Origin: an uncultured Pseudomonadota bacterium
Lineage (GTDB): Bacteria > Pseudomonadota > Alphaproteobacteria > RF32 > CAG-239
Direction of reading: 5' to 3'
DNA: 64,000 bases
Assembly: GCA_949298065.1 (NCBI GenBank)
Contig: CASFUZ010000005.1
Span: 2,139 to 66,138 of the forward strand
In this document: in pieces, positions 10,192 to 19,900 of the stretch
How the letters are laid out: each line of letters opens with the position of its first letter
Numbering within the stretch: position 1 is the first letter of the stretch
Notes under the pieces: generated by a model
What the model saw: the letters and a program-made list of their open reading frames with translations, nothing else
Database searches by the model: none
Told to the model about the DNA's origin: nothing
Program-made: the position numbers and the translations under genes

Positions 10192-10998
10192 ATGTCAAAA
10201 GGAACATTATTTGGTTTTATAGCAGCAATCTGCGTTGTACTTGGCTCCATCTTATCAGCCACGGATAGACCCTTGGCCTTTGTAGATGTCCCGAGTATGA
10301 TTATCGTTATCGGCGGTACATTTGTTGCTTTGTTTTTATCATATGAAACAAGCCTTGCCTTAAAAGCTATCAAACTGATGGGCAAAGCCTTTGGACGCCA
10401 TAAAGATTCTGAAATCTCACTCAAAGACGAAGTCGGTCAGATTGTGCGTTGGGCATACATCATTCAAAAAAACGGTTTACAAGGTCTTGAAAATGAGATT
10501 ACCGATGATGTCCGCACCAACAATCCGTTTTTGGCTTATGGAGCAGATTTGGTTGTAACCGGTTATACGGGAGCAGAGATTAAAACCATTATGGAACATA
10601 TGATGGAATCTCAAGCAGAGCGGGACCGCCGTGAAACGGATGCCTTGAAAAAAATGGGCGGCGACGCTCCTGCTTTTGGTATGTTGGGAACATTAATCGG
10701 CCTTATCATCATGTTGAGCAGCATGGGTGGAGACCTCTCTGCCATCGGTCCGAGTATGGCCGTTGCTTTGATAACCACCTTTTATGGTATCATTTTGGCT
10801 CGTTTAATCTTCATTCCTTTGGCTACAAAAATGAGTGCCCGTAATGATGTAACCATGTTCAAAAACAACCTGCAAATGGAAGGTTTGGTTTTGTTGGCCG
10901 AGCGCAAGAGCCCTCGTTACATTCAAGATAAGATTAACTCATTTGTCAGCTTAAACGAACAATTCTCCATTGATCGCGATATGAACTCGGGAAAGTAG
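10192..10998 (+). CDS. motA: Flagellar motor stator protein MotA (MotA/TolQ/ExbB family)
   Basis: Topology is 2 TM, a ~100-aa cytoplasmic loop, then 2 TM, which is MotA-type rather than TolQ-type. Followed by a MotB-like gene. ATG at 10192 has an aagga SD 11 nt upstream. The ORF track uses TTG at 10183. Confidence 0.65.
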   Translation: MSKGTLFGFIAAICVVLGSILSATDRPLAFVDVPSMIIVIGGTFVALFLSYETSLALKAIKLMGKAFGRHKDSEISLKDEVGQIVRWAYIIQKNGLQGLENEITDDVRTNNPFLAYGADLVVTGYTGAEIKTIMEHMMESQAERDRRETDALKKMGGDAPAFGMLGTLIGLIIMLSSMGGDLSAIGPSMAVALITTFYGIILARLIFIPLATKMSARNDVTMFKNNLQMEGLVLLAERKSPRYIQDKINSFVSLNEQFSIDRDMNSGK

Positions 10999-11004
10999 GA
11001 TAAA

Positions 11005-11661
11005 ATGAAAAAGAAACCGGAAGAAAAAATTGATGAAGACTGGATGTCCACCTATGGCGACATGGTAACTTTGTTGCTATGTTTTTTTGTCATGATGCTT
11101 TCGGTTTCCAAACCGGATGTAGCTAAATACGAACAAATCTCAGCCGGTTTGAGTGAAGGCTTAGGCAAAAAAATCATTCAACGCCCTATAGAAATGCTAA
11201 TGACCGAGCTCAAAGATGACATTCAATCTTTGGATTTAGAAAAGAAAGTAGCCATCGGCAGCGATACTCAAGGTATTGTATTAGAGTTTGGGGGAGATTT
11301 GTTATTTAACCGAGGTTCTGCTGACATTAAGCCAGAAGCAACGCCCGCCCTCAAACGTATGGCGGCTACATTGCAATCAGAACGCTACAAAAACTTTGTC
11401 TTCAGTATTGAAGGTCATACGAGTGATGAAGTTGTAACAAGTGAAAAATATCCCTCCAACTGGGAACTTTCTTCAGCCAGAGCTTCCGCTGTTGCCCGTT
11501 TCTTAGAAGAAAGGGGTATTGACAGGGTCAGAATGCGCGCAACAGGTATGAATGATGTCAGCCCGAAATATCCGAACTTAGACCCCTTTGGCGAACCGAT
11601 ACCGGAAAACCGCATTCGCAATCGCCGTGTTGTTATTCATATAGAACCATCTTTTATGTAA
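11005..11661 (+). CDS. motB: Flagellar motor protein MotB (OmpA-like peptidoglycan-binding C-terminus)
   Basis: N-terminal DWMSTYGDMVTLLLCFFVMM matches the MotB plug/TM signature. C-terminal OmpA-like domain (NWELSSARASAVARFL). Confidence 0.75.
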   Translation: MKKKPEEKIDEDWMSTYGDMVTLLLCFFVMMLSVSKPDVAKYEQISAGLSEGLGKKIIQRPIEMLMTELKDDIQSLDLEKKVAIGSDTQGIVLEFGGDLLFNRGSADIKPEATPALKRMAATLQSERYKNFVFSIEGHTSDEVVTSEKYPSNWELSSARASAVARFLEERGIDRVRMRATGMNDVSPKYPNLDPFGEPIPENRIRNRRVVIHIEPSFM

Positions 11662-11667
11662 TTTAGG

Positions 11668-12252
11668 CTAGAATATTCCGCCAACGGCAAACCACCTGCC
11701 GTCTTCAAAAACCAAATGAAATGCGGCGCAGTTTGGGATAGCGTCATAAGCAACATTAAAATAATTTAAGAGTTGGCTCATTGTTCCGCCATGGATAGCC
11801 ACCCCCATAACATCATATTTTTCAGATGTTAACTTTTGGAGTTCGGCGAGCACTCGCTCACGCGCTGTTTTTTTGCTTTCTCCTTGCGGAAAAGATATAT
11901 CATCATATTCCGGGGCAAGGCTCGCCCAATGAGACAAAATTTCGGGATAACGATCAGCCAAATCTATTGTAAGCTGTCCTTCCGCCACGCCATAAAAACA
12001 TTCTTTAAGATTTTCGCGAACAATAACGGGAATTTGCAATGCTTGAGCAACAACATCGGCCGTGTGTTTTGCACGAATAAGCGGACTGGAGAAAATAGCC
12101 TCAAGTTTTTTATCTTGGAGTTTGAGCAAAAGTTGCTGAGCTTGAGCAACACCGGTTGGGGTCAGGTCATAATCCATACCGGAACCTTGCCAACGTCTTT
12201 GGCGATTAAGCTCGGTTTCACCATGTCTGAAAATATAAAAATCTTTCCGCAT
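11668..12252 (-). CDS. Histidine phosphatase family protein (phosphoglycerate mutase-like)
   Basis: FYIFRHGETELN catalytic RHG motif. Probable start at the internal Met (MRKDFYIF). The ORF-track start is at 12303. Confidence 0.7.
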   Translation of the reverse strand: MRKDFYIFRHGETELNRQRRWQGSGMDYDLTPTGVAQAQQLLLKLQDKKLEAIFSSPLIRAKHTADVVAQALQIPVIVRENLKECFYGVAEGQLTIDLADRYPEILSHWASLAPEYDDISFPQGESKKTARERVLAELQKLTSEKYDVMGVAIHGGTMSQLLNYFNVAYDAIPNCAAFHLVFEDGRWFAVGGIF

Positions 12253-12354
12253 AAAATACCTCCAAAGGTAGAGTATAAAGAAAAAAACACTAAAGAAAAG
12301 CAAAAAATCTATTGATTAATTTGAGAAGAGAATTATAGTAGCAGTGTTTCTGCC

Positions 12355-12428
12355 GCGGGTATAATTCAATGGTAGAATGAGAGCTTCCCAAGCTTTTAAT
12401 GCGGGTTCGATTCCCGTTACCCGCTCCA
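12355..12428 (+). tRNA. tRNA-Gly (anticodon CCC)
   Basis: Manual fold: acceptor stem GCGGGTA/TACCCGC, D-arm, anticodon stem AGAGC/GCTTT with loop TTCCCAA (anticodon CCC), T-arm GGGTTCGATTCCC, discriminator T, then CCA. 74 nt. Confidence 0.85.
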
Positions 12429-12727
12429 TTAAAAGACCACCCCCAAGAGGGGTGGTTTTTTAATGGAAAGATAAAGACTTGAATCGAACCCGAGAGGGCG
12501 TGAGCCGATAGAAAAGCTCCGGTGGAGCTTTTCGTTGCGAACGGTGCAGTTTTGTTAATTTGTGAGAAGCGACAGCGCAACGACGCAAATGTTACAAAAC
12601 AAACTCAAGATTCCCGTTACCCGCCTTTACTTTTGGCACAATCTCACCACCCCCAAGAGGGGTGGTTTTTTAATGGAAAGATAAAGACTTGAATCGAACC
12701 CGAGAGGGCGTGAGCCGATAGAAAAGC
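12409..12727. repeat. Tandem duplication of tRNA-Gly 3' end plus trailer (att-like direct repeats)
   Basis: The 16-nt tRNA 3' end gattcccgttacccgc (12409-12424) recurs at 12608-12623. The 83-nt block accaccccc...gatagaaaagct (12436-12518) recurs identically at 12647-12729 (its last 2 nt are the Fic stop codon). Confidence 0.8.
12436..12461 (+). terminator. Rho-independent terminator in the tRNA-Gly trailer (repeated at 12642-12667)
   Basis: accacccc-caaga-ggggtggt hairpin followed by TTTTTT. Confidence 0.7.
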
Positions 12728-13336
12728 TTATAAAAGCTGATGAATATCATATTCATCATACCCCTCATAATAATAGCTGACATCAATACCTTTCATAAAG
12801 ATTTCGCGCTCATTAATTTTATCTGTTAAGGCATTTTTCAAGAGGTGCTTTATTTCTATACTTTTTATCGGACTTCTTTCCATTGCTAAAAGATAGTCCT
12901 CCTTATCAATTTTATTCCAGTCCACAACCCTTTTGAGTTCTTTTTTGAATATTAAATCCAACCAGATTCTGGCAGCACGCCCATTTCCTTCTCTGAACGG
13001 ATGCGCAATATTCATCTCAACATATTTTTCAACGATTTCATCAAAAGTAGATTGCGGCATTTTATCAATATTCTTTAGAGATTGTTTCAAATACATAAGC
13101 GGGGCAAATCTGAAATTTCCCTTAGAAAGATTAACATCACGCAGTTTTCCGGCAAAATCATAAATATCTTCAAATAGATATTTATGAATCTGTTTCAGTC
13201 CAGCAAAAGTCCCAACCTTAATTTTATCAATTTTACCACTATCAAAAAGCTTCTTAGCTTTTTCCTTGCTAATTTTTTCTTCAAATCTGTTAAGCTCAAT
13301 CTGATTCGTGATATTTAATTTATTTTCTAAAACCAT
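12728..13336 (-). CDS. fic: Fic family protein, class III (C-terminal inhibitory helix), putative AMPylating toxin
   Basis: 202 aa. Fic active-site motif [15 protein letters not shown]-terminal SYYYEG fits the (S/T)xxxE(G/N) inhibitory motif of single-protein class III Fic enzymes (NmFic-like). Confidence 0.8.
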   Translation of the reverse strand: MVLENKLNITNQIELNRFEEKISKEKAKKLFDSGKIDKIKVGTFAGLKQIHKYLFEDIYDFAGKLRDVNLSKGNFRFAPLMYLKQSLKNIDKMPQSTFDEIVEKYVEMNIAHPFREGNGRAARIWLDLIFKKELKRVVDWNKIDKEDYLLAMERSPIKSIEIKHLLKNALTDKINEREIFMKGIDVSYYYEGYDEYDIHQLL

Positions 13337-13481
13337 TCACTGCCTCTTTTATACGATATATTTTAATTTAAACACAAAAAAGCTAAAAGGCAATTAAGTT
13401 TTAACTTTTGTCTTTCGATATTTTCGTTTATCTAAAAACACCCTTAATAAATTTTAAATATTTTTCTGCCTACATAAAGAT

Positions 13482-14222
13482 ATGCAAAATGAATATACAA
13501 ATAGCGAATACTGCAACCCCTTTGATAAAAAAACGCAGAATTTTTTTATGAAACTAGAACACTGCGGACGTTACTTATACGCTTATGATAATATCTTACC
13601 CACGGACACTATTGCTGATATTTCCTGTGCCACAGGATACGGTTCAAATTTTTTAGCTCAAAAAGCAAAGTCTGTTATCGGATGCGACATCAATAGCCAC
13701 TATATAAATAGTGCTAAAAAAAATTATGTAAAACAAAACCTCTCTTTTATAGAACTCAATCTTCAAGAAAATATAAACATCCTCAAAGATAAAATAAACA
13801 CTATCGTAAGTTTTGAGACTATAGAACATACAACAGCTCCTTTTGAGGTTATCAAAAAATTCTATAATATCTTGCCCCAAGGCGGAAAACTTTTTTTATC
13901 CTTTCCCAATGAAAAATATGAAATTTTTGATACATCAGGAAAGAATATGGACAAATATCATTTATCCATAATCAAATATGATAAAATGTTGACTTTTCTA
14001 CAAGATAGTGGCTTTACAATTAATAAAATCTTAGGCCAAAGCCTAATTAACAATATTATTTCACAAATCATTAAAATTGAAAAAGACTTAGCTTTCTCTT
14101 TTGACAACCTTTTTAACTACAGCCAAAACAATATTATAAATCAAAGCAGATTATTAGCTTATCCAAACGAAAAAAACATTGAACAAAGTTACTCGTTTAT
14201 ATTTAATTTAAGCAAAACCTAA
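13482..14222 (+). CDS. Class I SAM-dependent methyltransferase, substrate unknown
   Basis: 246 aa. Motif I DISCATGYGSNFLA and the following acidic residue (GCDIN). Very low-GC, codon usage differs from neighbours. Confidence 0.6.
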   Translation: MQNEYTNSEYCNPFDKKTQNFFMKLEHCGRYLYAYDNILPTDTIADISCATGYGSNFLAQKAKSVIGCDINSHYINSAKKNYVKQNLSFIELNLQENINILKDKINTIVSFETIEHTTAPFEVIKKFYNILPQGGKLFLSFPNEKYEIFDTSGKNMDKYHLSIIKYDKMLTFLQDSGFTINKILGQSLINNIISQIIKIEKDLAFSFDNLFNYSQNNIINQSRLLAYPNEKNIEQSYSFIFNLSKT

Positions 14223-14224
14223 CC

Positions 14225-15046
14225 CTACCCCTCGCGGGTAAAAAGGTCTGATTGCTTAACATCTAAAACATTGGCGATTCTTTTGCCCGCCAAGTCATAA
14301 TATTGCGGATTAAGCTCTACCCCGACAAAACGTCGTTTAAGTTTCAGAGCCGCCACACCGGTCGTACCGCTTCCCATAAACGGGTCTAGAATCAAGTCAT
14401 TTTCATGGGTGGAAGCCGTAATAATCCGCTCCAACAAAGCCAAAGGCTTTTGGGTTGGGTGTTTGCCGAAAGTTTTTTCGCTCATCTGCGTTGTGGGAAT
14501 AGCCCAAACCGTGCGCATTTGTGTATGCGGTTTTTTAATAAAATCTTGCGGGAAATCACCGTTTTTCATCGCATCATAATTAAAATAATGCTTGGCTTTT
14601 TTATCTTTTCTGGCCCAAACCAAACTCTCGTGACTAGCCGTAAAATATTTGCAGGACAAATTCGGCGTTGCGTTAGGCTTAAACCAAGCCACGTTGTTCA
14701 AAACATGGTAACCCAGCAACAACATAGCATAACCGCAGGAAAAAATGCTGTGATAAGTACCCGATACCCACAAAGTCCCGTTAGGCTTCAATAGCTTTTT
14801 ACAAAGCGCCAACCATTGTTTATGAAACTCAAAATCTTCGGCAATTCCGCGGCTTTCATCCCAAGCCCCTTTGTCCAGCTTAACCAACTTGCCGTTATAA
14901 CAAGTTTTGCCGGTTTTAGAGAGCATATAAGGCGGGTCGGCAAAAATCATATCAAAAGTTTCTTCCGGAAACTGCTTAAGAACCTCAAAACAATCTCCGT
15001 TATAAAGCGCATAACTTTTATTATCTGCAATCGGCGACACTGACAA
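14225..15046 (-). CDS. CcrM/HinfI-family beta-class N6-adenine DNA methyltransferase lacking the CcrM C-terminal domain
   Basis: 273 aa. DMIFADPPY (motif IV) near the N-terminus and ILDPFMGSGTTGVAA (motif I) near the C-terminus. Block-by-block similarity to Caulobacter CcrM (GTLWVSGTYHSIF, NYDAMK, HPTQKP). The protein ends right after the MTase core. Confidence 0.7.
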   Translation of the reverse strand: MSVSPIADNKSYALYNGDCFEVLKQFPEETFDMIFADPPYMLSKTGKTCYNGKLVKLDKGAWDESRGIAEDFEFHKQWLALCKKLLKPNGTLWVSGTYHSIFSCGYAMLLLGYHVLNNVAWFKPNATPNLSCKYFTASHESLVWARKDKKAKHYFNYDAMKNGDFPQDFIKKPHTQMRTVWAIPTTQMSEKTFGKHPTQKPLALLERIITASTHENDLILDPFMGSGTTGVAALKLKRRFVGVELNPQYYDLAGKRIANVLDVKQSDLFTREG

Positions 15047-15060
15047 TTCCCCTCGCCCGC

Positions 15061-15354
15061 TTATTGATTATAAGAATTGATGATGGCTGTGGCATTAATC
15101 ACCGATTGGCGATACAAACCGCTGTCCAACATATCCAAACTGCGAATGCAATAATTCGCCACCTGATTAGCGGCCAAGTCAACATCGCCGAATGTCTCCG
15201 GCAAAACCGCTTTTTGGCGTGCTTGTTCCAAAATGCAAGCATTAAGTTTGCCCTGCGGTGTCAGAGGAGTTTTATCTTCTTCGGGAAAAGGAGCCAAACT
15301 CGTGCAAGCGGAAAGTCCGCTCAAGACCGCCAACATCATCAGAATTTTTTTCAT
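15061..15354 (-). CDS. Lipoprotein (hypothetical)
   Basis: MKKILMMLAVLSGLSAC lipobox. ~97 aa from the internal Met. The ORF track extends to 15417. Confidence 0.5.
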   Translation of the reverse strand: MKKILMMLAVLSGLSACTSLAPFPEEDKTPLTPQGKLNACILEQARQKAVLPETFGDVDLAANQVANYCIRSLDMLDSGLYRQSVINATAIINSYNQ

Positions 15355-15500
15355 TATTTTATACTTTGCTAAAAATAGTCCTAACTTATGTTTTTTAATA
15401 TAAAACAAACCGCACAAACTGCAAGCCTTTTAGCTGCCTTATACAAAAAAAGAGAGAAAACCTTAAAAGGCTTTCTCTCTTTCTTAATTATTTCATACTG

Positions 15501-16085
15501 CTAGAGCATACCCACTCCACACAAAAAAGCACCGATGAGCAACCCCAACAAGAAGAATGTCAGACAAAATATCCAAACCTTATAAAAAGGCTTGCATAAA
15601 TTGACCAAATCACCGTCCATCAGAGGCATTTTTTCTTTCATAGCCTCAAATAAAGAGTCCTTATCACAAGACTCAATATTTGCCTTACACCAAGCTCTGA
15701 CTTCCGGCTCTTCAATATGAAGGTCAGCATAGATTGCAATAAATGTAGACGGAGCGCCGCAGGCTTCCAAGACTTTGATTTCCCCTTGGAAATAAGCGGA
15801 ACTTTGATACATCTTAATCATCAAATCCTTGAGGTCGTCATGCCTCAGCAAGGACGGCATTTCTCTTGCAATCACCGCCAACGCCAAGAAGAAATCAATA
15901 TTTTCATCTAAGCACCGCTGAAACCCGTCTTTTGCCGTAAAGACCCGATATTCTCCTCCTGCAATCAATTCGGAGAACTCCGAAAACTCAGCCTCTAACT
16001 GAGTTAAGTTCTTTTCACATACGACACCAAAATCGCCCTTAGACAGCGCATTGGCCATCATCAGGACAGTTTCAAATTTCTTCAT
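15501..16085 (-). CDS. Hypothetical tail-anchored membrane protein
   Basis: 194 aa. Single C-terminal TM (IFCLTFFLLGLLIGAFLCGV). No recognisable domain. Confidence 0.45.
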   Translation of the reverse strand: MKKFETVLMMANALSKGDFGVVCEKNLTQLEAEFSEFSELIAGGEYRVFTAKDGFQRCLDENIDFFLALAVIAREMPSLLRHDDLKDLMIKMYQSSAYFQGEIKVLEACGAPSTFIAIYADLHIEEPEVRAWCKANIESCDKDSLFEAMKEKMPLMDGDLVNLCKPFYKVWIFCLTFFLLGLLIGAFLCGVGML

Positions 16086-16105
16086 AAAAAAAAAATTATT
16101 AGTTA

Positions 16106-16660
16106 TTACTTGCGATGAATAAATCCACCGCGTTTCATCAACACAAACATTCTCAGTCCGATAATCTTGGCCGCAGGCTCGGATCTATCGTACCAATCGG
16201 CATAAACACAAATACCGTTGAACAACTGCGGATGCTGACCTTTGTATTTTGCACAAAGTTCCCGTGCTTGCTCCGGGGTTAAAATAGCCGCCACGGAAGC
16301 TATTGCTTCTTTGGGAAGACGATAATCTCCCGTGTTTGCCACCCACCAATTCCACAAAGCTATTCCACTCAACTCTTGCGGCGCAAGAGCTTTCCTTTGC
16401 GGCGCAGAAGTTGGTTCTGGCTTAGGCTCTGCTTTCTCTTCCGGTTTCAAAAAATCAGCTGCAGTTGTCGCATCAACCTCTTCTTGAGGTTCTTGCTCCA
16501 AGACAATTCTTTTCGCCTCTTGCAACTTTCTGATTTTTTCAACTTGCTCCGGATTCAATGCCTCACCTTCAAAAGGAGATTTGCGAGCTACAATTTTTTT
16601 AACACACCAGATTGCCAATACTGCCAGTACGACAATCAAAATAACTAAATCTAGATGCAT
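16106..16660 (-). CDS. Hypothetical N-terminally anchored protein with Pro/Glu-rich linker
   Basis: 184 aa. N-terminal TM (LVILIVVLAVLAIW), PE-rich linker, conserved-looking C-terminal domain. Confidence 0.45.
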   Translation of the reverse strand: MHLDLVILIVVLAVLAIWCVKKIVARKSPFEGEALNPEQVEKIRKLQEAKRIVLEQEPQEEVDATTAADFLKPEEKAEPKPEPTSAPQRKALAPQELSGIALWNWWVANTGDYRLPKEAIASVAAILTPEQARELCAKYKGQHPQLFNGICVYADWYDRSEPAAKIIGLRMFVLMKRGGFIHRK

Positions 16661-16938
16661 ATTATTTTATTTTTAAGTTAAACAATAATTTCTTATTCAT
16701 CCCACAATAATCATCACTTAAGCTCTTTTCATACCACAACGAAAGACTTTTGTCTAGACAAAAAATTAAACAAAAACCGTTCATTCAGAATTATCCCGAC
16801 AGACATCAATCTTGAGTCTTTTTTTTCTGGTATTTAAAAAAATAAAGTGCTATAAAACGCGTACAAGATTCTATTTAAAGTAACTCATGGCCGGAAGATA
16901 AGGCATAAAACCGTCTTAATCCGAGGGCCTTTTTTATG

Positions 16939-16946
16939 TTAACCAT
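16939..16946 (+). promoter_or_regulatory. CtrA-type half site TTAACCAT just upstream of the PFOR start
   Basis: Exact TTAACCAT 8-mer 16 nt upstream of ATG 16962. A single 8-mer is expected about twice by chance in 64 kb, so this is weak. Confidence 0.2.
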
Positions 16947-16961
16947 ACAAGGATAAAATAT

Positions 16962-19900
16962 ATGTCTGACGTTAAGATGAAAATGATGGATGGTAACGAA
17001 GCAGCCGCTTCCGTTGCCCACCGCATGAATGAAGTCTGCGTAATTTACCCGATTACCCCGTCCTCACCGATGGGCGAATGGGCAGATGCGTGGTCTGCTG
17101 CAAAGCAAAAGAACATTTGGGGCGTTGTACCTGAGGTTCAGGAAATGCAGTCTGAAGCCGGTGCTGCCGGTGCTTGCCACGGTTCTATTCAGGCCGGTGC
17201 ATTGACCACCACCTTTACGGCTTCTCAAGGCTTGCTCTTGATGATTCCGAATATGTACAAGATTGCCGGTGAACTTTCTCCGTTTGTAATGCATGTTGCC
17301 GCTCGTTCTTTGGCTTACCATGCATTATCAATTTTCGGCGACCACACCGACGTAATGTCTTGCCGTCAGACCGGTTTTGCAATGTTGTGCTCTAACTCCG
17401 TTCAGGAAGCTCACGACTTTGCAGCCATTGCTCAAAGTTCTACTTTGCGTTCTCGCGTACCGTTCATGCACTTCTTTGACGGTTTCCGCACATCTCATGA
17501 AATCAAGAAGATTAAAGTTTTGTCTGATGACGACCTCCGCGCTATGTTGGAAGGTGTAAACTATCAGTTCAACGCTGAACACGCTCTTCGTCCGGAAGCT
17601 CCGGTCATCCGCGGTACAGCTCAAAACCCGGATGTCTTCTTCCAAGGTCGTGAAGCTTGCAACCCGTTCTATAACAAGGTTGAAGGCATTGTTCAGGAAG
17701 AAATGGACAAGTTTGCAAAAATCTCTGGCCGCAAATACAACGTTGTTGACTATGTTGGTGCCGCAGATGCTGAACAAGTTATCGTTATTATGGGTTCCGG
17801 TGCCGAGACGGTTGAAGAAACCATCAACTACCTCAACGCCAACGGCGGTAAATATGGTTTGGTTAAAGTTCGTTTGTATCGTCCTTTCCCGACCAAGTCT
17901 TTCTTAAAGGCTTTGCCGAAGTCTGTTAAAGTTGTTAATGTTTTGGACCGCACCAAAGAATCCGGTTCTATCGGTGAACCTTTGTACTTGGATGTTGTTG
18001 CAACCTTAACTCAAGCTTTCGCCAACAACGAAATCGCTTCTATGCCGCGCATTTACGGCGGTCGTTATGGCTTGTCTTCCAAAGAGTTCACACCGGGTAT
18101 GGTTAAAGCTGTTTATGACAACGGTGCTTCAGCCAAAGCCATCAACGGTTTCTCTGTCGGTATCACCGATGATGTAAGCAAGACCTCTTTGCCGTTTGAC
18201 GATTCTATTGACACCGAACCTAAAGACGTTGTTCGTGCCGTATTCTTCGGCTTGGGCGCAGACGGTACGGTTGGTGCCAACAAGAACTCCATTAAGATTA
18301 TTGCTGAAGATGCCGGCAAATATGGTCAGGGTTATTTCGTATATGACTCTCGTAAATCCGGCTCTATGACAACTTCTCACCTGCGTTTCTCAGATAACCC
18401 GATTAAGGCCGCTTATCTGATTAACAAAGCAGACTTCGTTGCCTGCCACCAGTTCCCGTTCATGAGCAAGGTTGACATCTTAAAGATTGCCAAACCCAGC
18501 GCAACTTTCTTGTTGAACGCACCTTACAAGGCAGAAGAAGTATGGGATCATCTCCCGATTGAAGTTCAGGAAGAAATCATTAACAAGAAGCTGAACTTCT
18601 ACACCATCAACGCTGTTGAAGTTGCTCGCGAAACAGGTATGGGTCAACGCATCAATACCGTAATGCAGACCTGCTTCTTCGCAATCTCCAACATTTTGCC
18701 GAAAGATGAAGCTATTGAGCAGATTAAGAACGCCATTAAGAAGACTTACAGCAAAAAAGGCGATGCCATTGTTCAAAAGAACTTCCAAGCTGTTGATGCT
18801 TCTTTGGCTCACTTGCACAAGGTTGAATATCCGTCAAGCGTTACTTCCAAATTCCATCGTCAGCTTCCGGTTCCGGCCGATGCTCCTGAATTTATAAGAA
18901 AAGTTACTGGCGAAATCATTGCTGACCGTGGTAACGAGCTTCCGGTTTCTGCTTTTGAAAAAGTTGTTGACGGTACATGGCCGACAGGTACAACTCAGTA
19001 CGAAAAACGCTGCATTGCAACCGAAATTCCGGTTTGGGATCCTGATACATGTATCCAATGCGGTAAATGCTCTTTGGTATGCCCGCACGGCGTAATCCGT
19101 ATGAAAGTTGCCGATGAAGCTGAGTTGAAAAATGCACCTCATGGCTTCAAGTCTGCGGCTTATAAAGGTAAGGAATTTGCCGGCAAACAGTTCATCTGGC
19201 AAATGTCTCCCGAAGACTGCACGGGTTGCGGTATCTGCGTAAGTGCTTGCCCGGCTAAGAACAAAGCTGACCCGACCAAGAAAGCCATCAATATGGATCA
19301 TATTGAGAACCACTTGGAAGAGCAAAAAGCTTGCTGGAAGTTCTTTGACACACTGCCTTATGTAAAACGTACCGAAGTTGCTAAGAACTTGCCGAAGACC
19401 ACTCAGATGATTCAACCTCTGTTTGAATTCTCCGGTGCATGCGCCGGCTGCGGTGAAACTCCGTACATCAAACTTTTGACTCAGTTGTTCGGTGACCGCA
19501 TGGTTGTTGCCAATGCAACCGGTTGTTCTTCAATTTACTCCGGCAACTTGCCGACCACACCTTACACCAAGGATGAAAAAGGTCATGGTCCGGCTTGGGC
19601 AAACTCTTTGTTTGAAGACAACGCAGAGTTTGGTCTGGGTATGAGATTCTCTATTGACCAACAAACCAAATTTGCCCGCACACTGTTGGAAGGCTTGAAG
19701 GACAAAGTTGGCGAATTGGCTGACAAGATTCTGAACAACCCGCAGTCAACAGATGTTGAGATTGACGAACAGCGCAACAACATAAAAGCTCTGCGCGACA
19801 AGCTCGCTTCAATCAATTCTGAAGAAGCAAAATCCTTGTCCAAATTGGCAGACTACCTGATTAAGAAGTCTGTATGGATTTTGGGCGGCGACGGCTGGGC

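Noticed and set aside
10158-10424. 88-aa minus-strand ORF overlapping the motA start
   Set aside because: Antisense to a well-supported MotA gene with no motif support.
12290-12580. 96-aa minus-strand ORF
   Set aside because: It overlaps tRNA-Gly and its duplicated trailer, so it is an artefact of the open reading frame across the tRNA and repeat region.
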